Notes under the pieces: generated by a model
The model's database searches: none
What the model was told of the DNA's origin: nothing
The model's input: only the letters and a program-made list of their open reading frames with translations
Shown: positions 22,030 through 23,690 of the stretch, piece after piece
How the letters are laid out: each line of letters begins with the position of its first letter
How positions within the stretch are numbered: position 1 is the stretch's first letter
Assembly: GCA_018898425.1 (NCBI GenBank)
Contig: JAHIHG010000066.1
Location: 1-23,690 of the forward strand
Direction of reading: 5' to 3'
From: Nanobdellota archaeon
GTDB lineage: Archaea > Nanobdellota > Nanobdellia > Pacearchaeales > GW2011-AR1
Length of the DNA stretch: 23,690 nucleotides
Program-made: the position numbers and the translations under genes

Positions 22030-22374
22030 ATGGAAAGAAAAAGATTAAATTCAAAACTTAAATATCCTCAACCACACAGCATTCACATTGATACAGGCAA
22101 TTCTGCTCTTAATGCAAGAACTATAGATTATTTACATGCAAAAGCCAAGCATAAAGCAAAATTAACTCAGAAACAAAGACGAACAGAAAAAAGAAAAGAA
22201 ACTATCTTAAATCTTGCCTTAGAAGAAAAAATTTATTGCATATCTCATAAAAGATTTCTTTCACCAGAGAGTGTTCTTGAACATAAATGTTATATAAGGC
22301 ATGGAAATCCTCCTGTTTGCAAATATCTTTATTATGAAAATTCAAAAAAACAATTGAAGAGATATCAAAAATAA
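22030..22374 (+). CDS. hypothetical basic protein (114 aa)
   Basis: Lys/Arg-rich ORF with scattered Cys/His (CISH...HKCYIRHGNPPVC). It is convergent with rps9. No family recognised. Confidence 0.4.
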   Translation: MERKRLNSKLKYPQPHSIHIDTGNSALNARTIDYLHAKAKHKAKLTQKQRRTEKRKETILNLALEEKIYCISHKRFLSPESVLEHKCYIRHGNPPVCKYLYYENSKKQLKRYQK

Positions 22375-22376
22375 AA

Positions 22377-22790
22377 TTATCTCTTAGAACTCTGTCTCTT
22401 TTTTCTTGCTTTACTATCGCCTGGTTTATAAGCTTCTTTTCTTCTTACGTCTGCTACAAGCAAGTTTCTGTCATAATTTGAAAAAGCTTTTGATAATGCT
22501 TCTGATTTTGTAAAATTAACAATTGCTTTTGCTAAAGCAAGTCTGGCAGCTTCAACCTGGCTTTTTTCTCCACCACCTTTTACTTCAATATTTACATCAA
22601 AATTTATTGGTCCAATTATTTTTTCTGCTATTTTTAATGGTTCTTGTATTTGAAGTTTATCGAACATTTGCATGTTTTCATAATTTTTTTTATTGATTTT
22701 AATTTGTCCAGAACCTTTCATGATAATTGCTCTTGCTTTAGCTGTTTTTCTTTTTCCTGAAGCAACAATTCTTTTTAATTTATTTTCCAT
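22377..22790 (-). CDS. rps9: 30S ribosomal protein S9 (uS9)
   Basis: ASGKRKTAKARA..., ...VKGGG..SQ.EA.RLA.AKA..., and the C-terminal ...KARKKRQSSKR are typical of uS9. Confidence 0.93.
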   Translation of the reverse strand: MENKLKRIVASGKRKTAKARAIIMKGSGQIKINKKNYENMQMFDKLQIQEPLKIAEKIIGPINFDVNIEVKGGGEKSQVEAARLALAKAIVNFTKSEALSKAFSNYDRNLLVADVRRKEAYKPGDSKARKKRQSSKR

Positions 22791-23184
22791 TTTGTTTTGA
22801 AAGGTGATTTAAGCTAATAAATTTATTATTTTTCTTTTTTCCTGCAAATATTTTTTCAGATTTTTCAAATTCTTTTGGAATTTTATCATAACATTTTATT
22901 TTTGTAAATGCATCTTTTCCTCGCCCTTTTCTGTGGTCTGGAAGCATCCCCCTAATAACTCTTTTAACAATTTTTTCACTTATTCTTGAATGTTTTGGCC
23001 CTTTTTGACTGCTTCCTACCCTTGATCTTTTTTCCTTAAATTCTTTTTCAATATTTTTTTTACTGCCTGTGATTATAACTTGTTCGCAATTTAATATAAT
23101 TATATCCTCTCCTTTTAGCGCTTCTTTAGCAGCATAACTAGCTAATCTTCCTAAAACAGCGTTTTTTCCGTCTATTATTTTCAT
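22780..23184 (-). CDS. rpl13: 50S ribosomal protein L13 (uL13)
   Basis: IDGKNAVLGRLASYAAKEALKGE.I.I.N.E...ITG and ...RGMLP are typical of archaeal uL13. Its position between L18e and S9 is canonical. Confidence 0.92.
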   Translation of the reverse strand: MKIIDGKNAVLGRLASYAAKEALKGEDIIILNCEQVIITGSKKNIEKEFKEKRSRVGSSQKGPKHSRISEKIVKRVIRGMLPDHRKGRGKDAFTKIKCYDKIPKEFEKSEKIFAGKKKNNKFISLNHLSKQNGK

Positions 23185-23552
23185 TTTAATATTTTAACTC
23201 CTTTAGCTTCTGGATATTTTTTTATTCCATCTATTATGCTAAGAATTTCGTGTTTTGATTTTAATAACTTTTCTTTAGCTTTTTCAGAAAAATTTAAAGC
23301 AATAATTTTAATCTTTTTATTTAATTCTCCTTGAGATAAGACTTTTCCTGGGATTATAATTATCTCCCCTTCTTTTGCTTGTTTTTCTATTTCATCAAGG
23401 TTCATTGCTTTTAATTTTCTTCTTGGACCAGAAAGAATAGAGGCTATCTCCAACCATTTTGGATTTTTTTTGCATCCCCTTATTGTTTCAACTAAGATAG
23501 AATTTGTTTTTTTCTTAGTTTGTTTTTCTATTTTTGTTTTACTTTTAATCAT
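23181..23552 (-). CDS. rpl18e: 50S ribosomal protein L18e (eL18)
   Basis: Start set at the internal Met (MIKSKTK, cat at 23550-23552). The sequences ...W..IA..LSGPRR....NL..I......GE.I..PGKVL..G.L.KK and the gene-order context fit eL18. Its TGA stop overlaps the rpl13 ATG (ATGA). Confidence 0.85.
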   Translation of the reverse strand: MIKSKTKIEKQTKKKTNSILVETIRGCKKNPKWLEIASILSGPRRKLKAMNLDEIEKQAKEGEIIIIPGKVLSQGELNKKIKIIALNFSEKAKEKLLKSKHEILSIIDGIKKYPEAKGVKILK

Positions 23553-23690
23553 TTTTATTATTATATTCAACAAGAAGTCTTCACTTCTTGCTAACGCTAT
23601 TAACTCGCAAGTTGATAAAAAACCGAGTAAATTAAGGTATTTAAATCTAACGCATCTCGCAGTATCTCCGAATAAAAATATATAAAGCAT

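Larger units (their letters stand above)
16400..22376. mobile_element. putative integrated element or accessory island (boundaries approximate)
   Basis: A block of hypothetical genes, a serine recombinase, recombinase-domain paralog, iterons and site-like repeats. It is wedged between core genes near oriC and the 3' end of rps9. No clear terminal repeats were found, so the ends are guesses. Confidence 0.4.

Noticed and set aside
479-23685. Other short overlapping or antisense ORFs in the track: 479..670, 1759..2022, 4341..4664, 5142..5357, 11771..11953, 13169..13603, 17898..18152, 20166..20360, 20170..20424
   Set aside because: Each lies within or antisense to a better-supported gene. Each has low-complexity hydrophobic or basic composition typical of spurious frames in AT-rich DNA.
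23553-23690. Upstream extension of the rpl18e ORF to the window edge, and the plus-strand ORF at 23470..23685
   Set aside because: - eL18 homology begins at MIKSKTK.
- The upstream part contains a TATA-like tttaaata and an 8-bp hairpin (caagaagt-cttc-acttcttg, 23571-23590), so it looks like promoter or leader sequence.
- I noted the hairpin, but it is too ordinary to report as a finding.

Overview
Very AT-rich archaeal sequence. The informational genes and small gene sizes suggest a DPANN-type (Woese-/Pacearchaeota-like) genome, but that lineage call is inference only.

Layout from left to right:
- Housekeeping block (1-6.1 kb): ArmA/RmtB-like rRNA methyltransferase, DRG-type GTPase, TyrRS, TctA-like membrane protein, and an acylphosphatase-UPP synthase fusion.
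- Minus-strand replication operon (6.3-14.8 kb): cdc6/orc1, PolD small subunit DP1, an HD protein, then PolD large subunit DP2.
- Predicted oriC (14.76-15.37 kb), directly upstream of cdc6: three ORB-like boxes around an almost pure A/T unwinding element.
- Small conserved archaeal genes (15.4-16.4 kb).
- A roughly 6 kb accessory region (about 16.4-22.4 kb) that looks like an integrated element.
- The rpl18e-rpl13-rps9 ribosomal protein operon (22.4-23.6 kb).

Main second-look items:
1. The accessory region has three 22-nt direct repeats punctuating single-gene modules. They run into two palindromic sites just upstream of an operon encoding a P-loop NTPase, a short serine recombinase and a nuclease-like protein. 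A second recombinase-domain protein lacking the catalytic domain lies downstream.
2. A dense field of CAGCTG-core iterons extends from inside a wHTH gene into the adjacent intergenic region. That intergenic region also carries a near-copy of the chromosomal ORB box.
3. Both PolD subunits carry apparent lesions at catalytic motifs. DP1 has one in-frame TGA where the Gly of the GD metal-binding motif should be. DP2 has a 510-aa LAGLIDADG intein in the RR(N/D)|CDGDE active-site motif, and that intein ends in Ala-Arg instead of His-Asn/Gln.

No rRNA gene, convincing tRNA or CRISPR array was seen.
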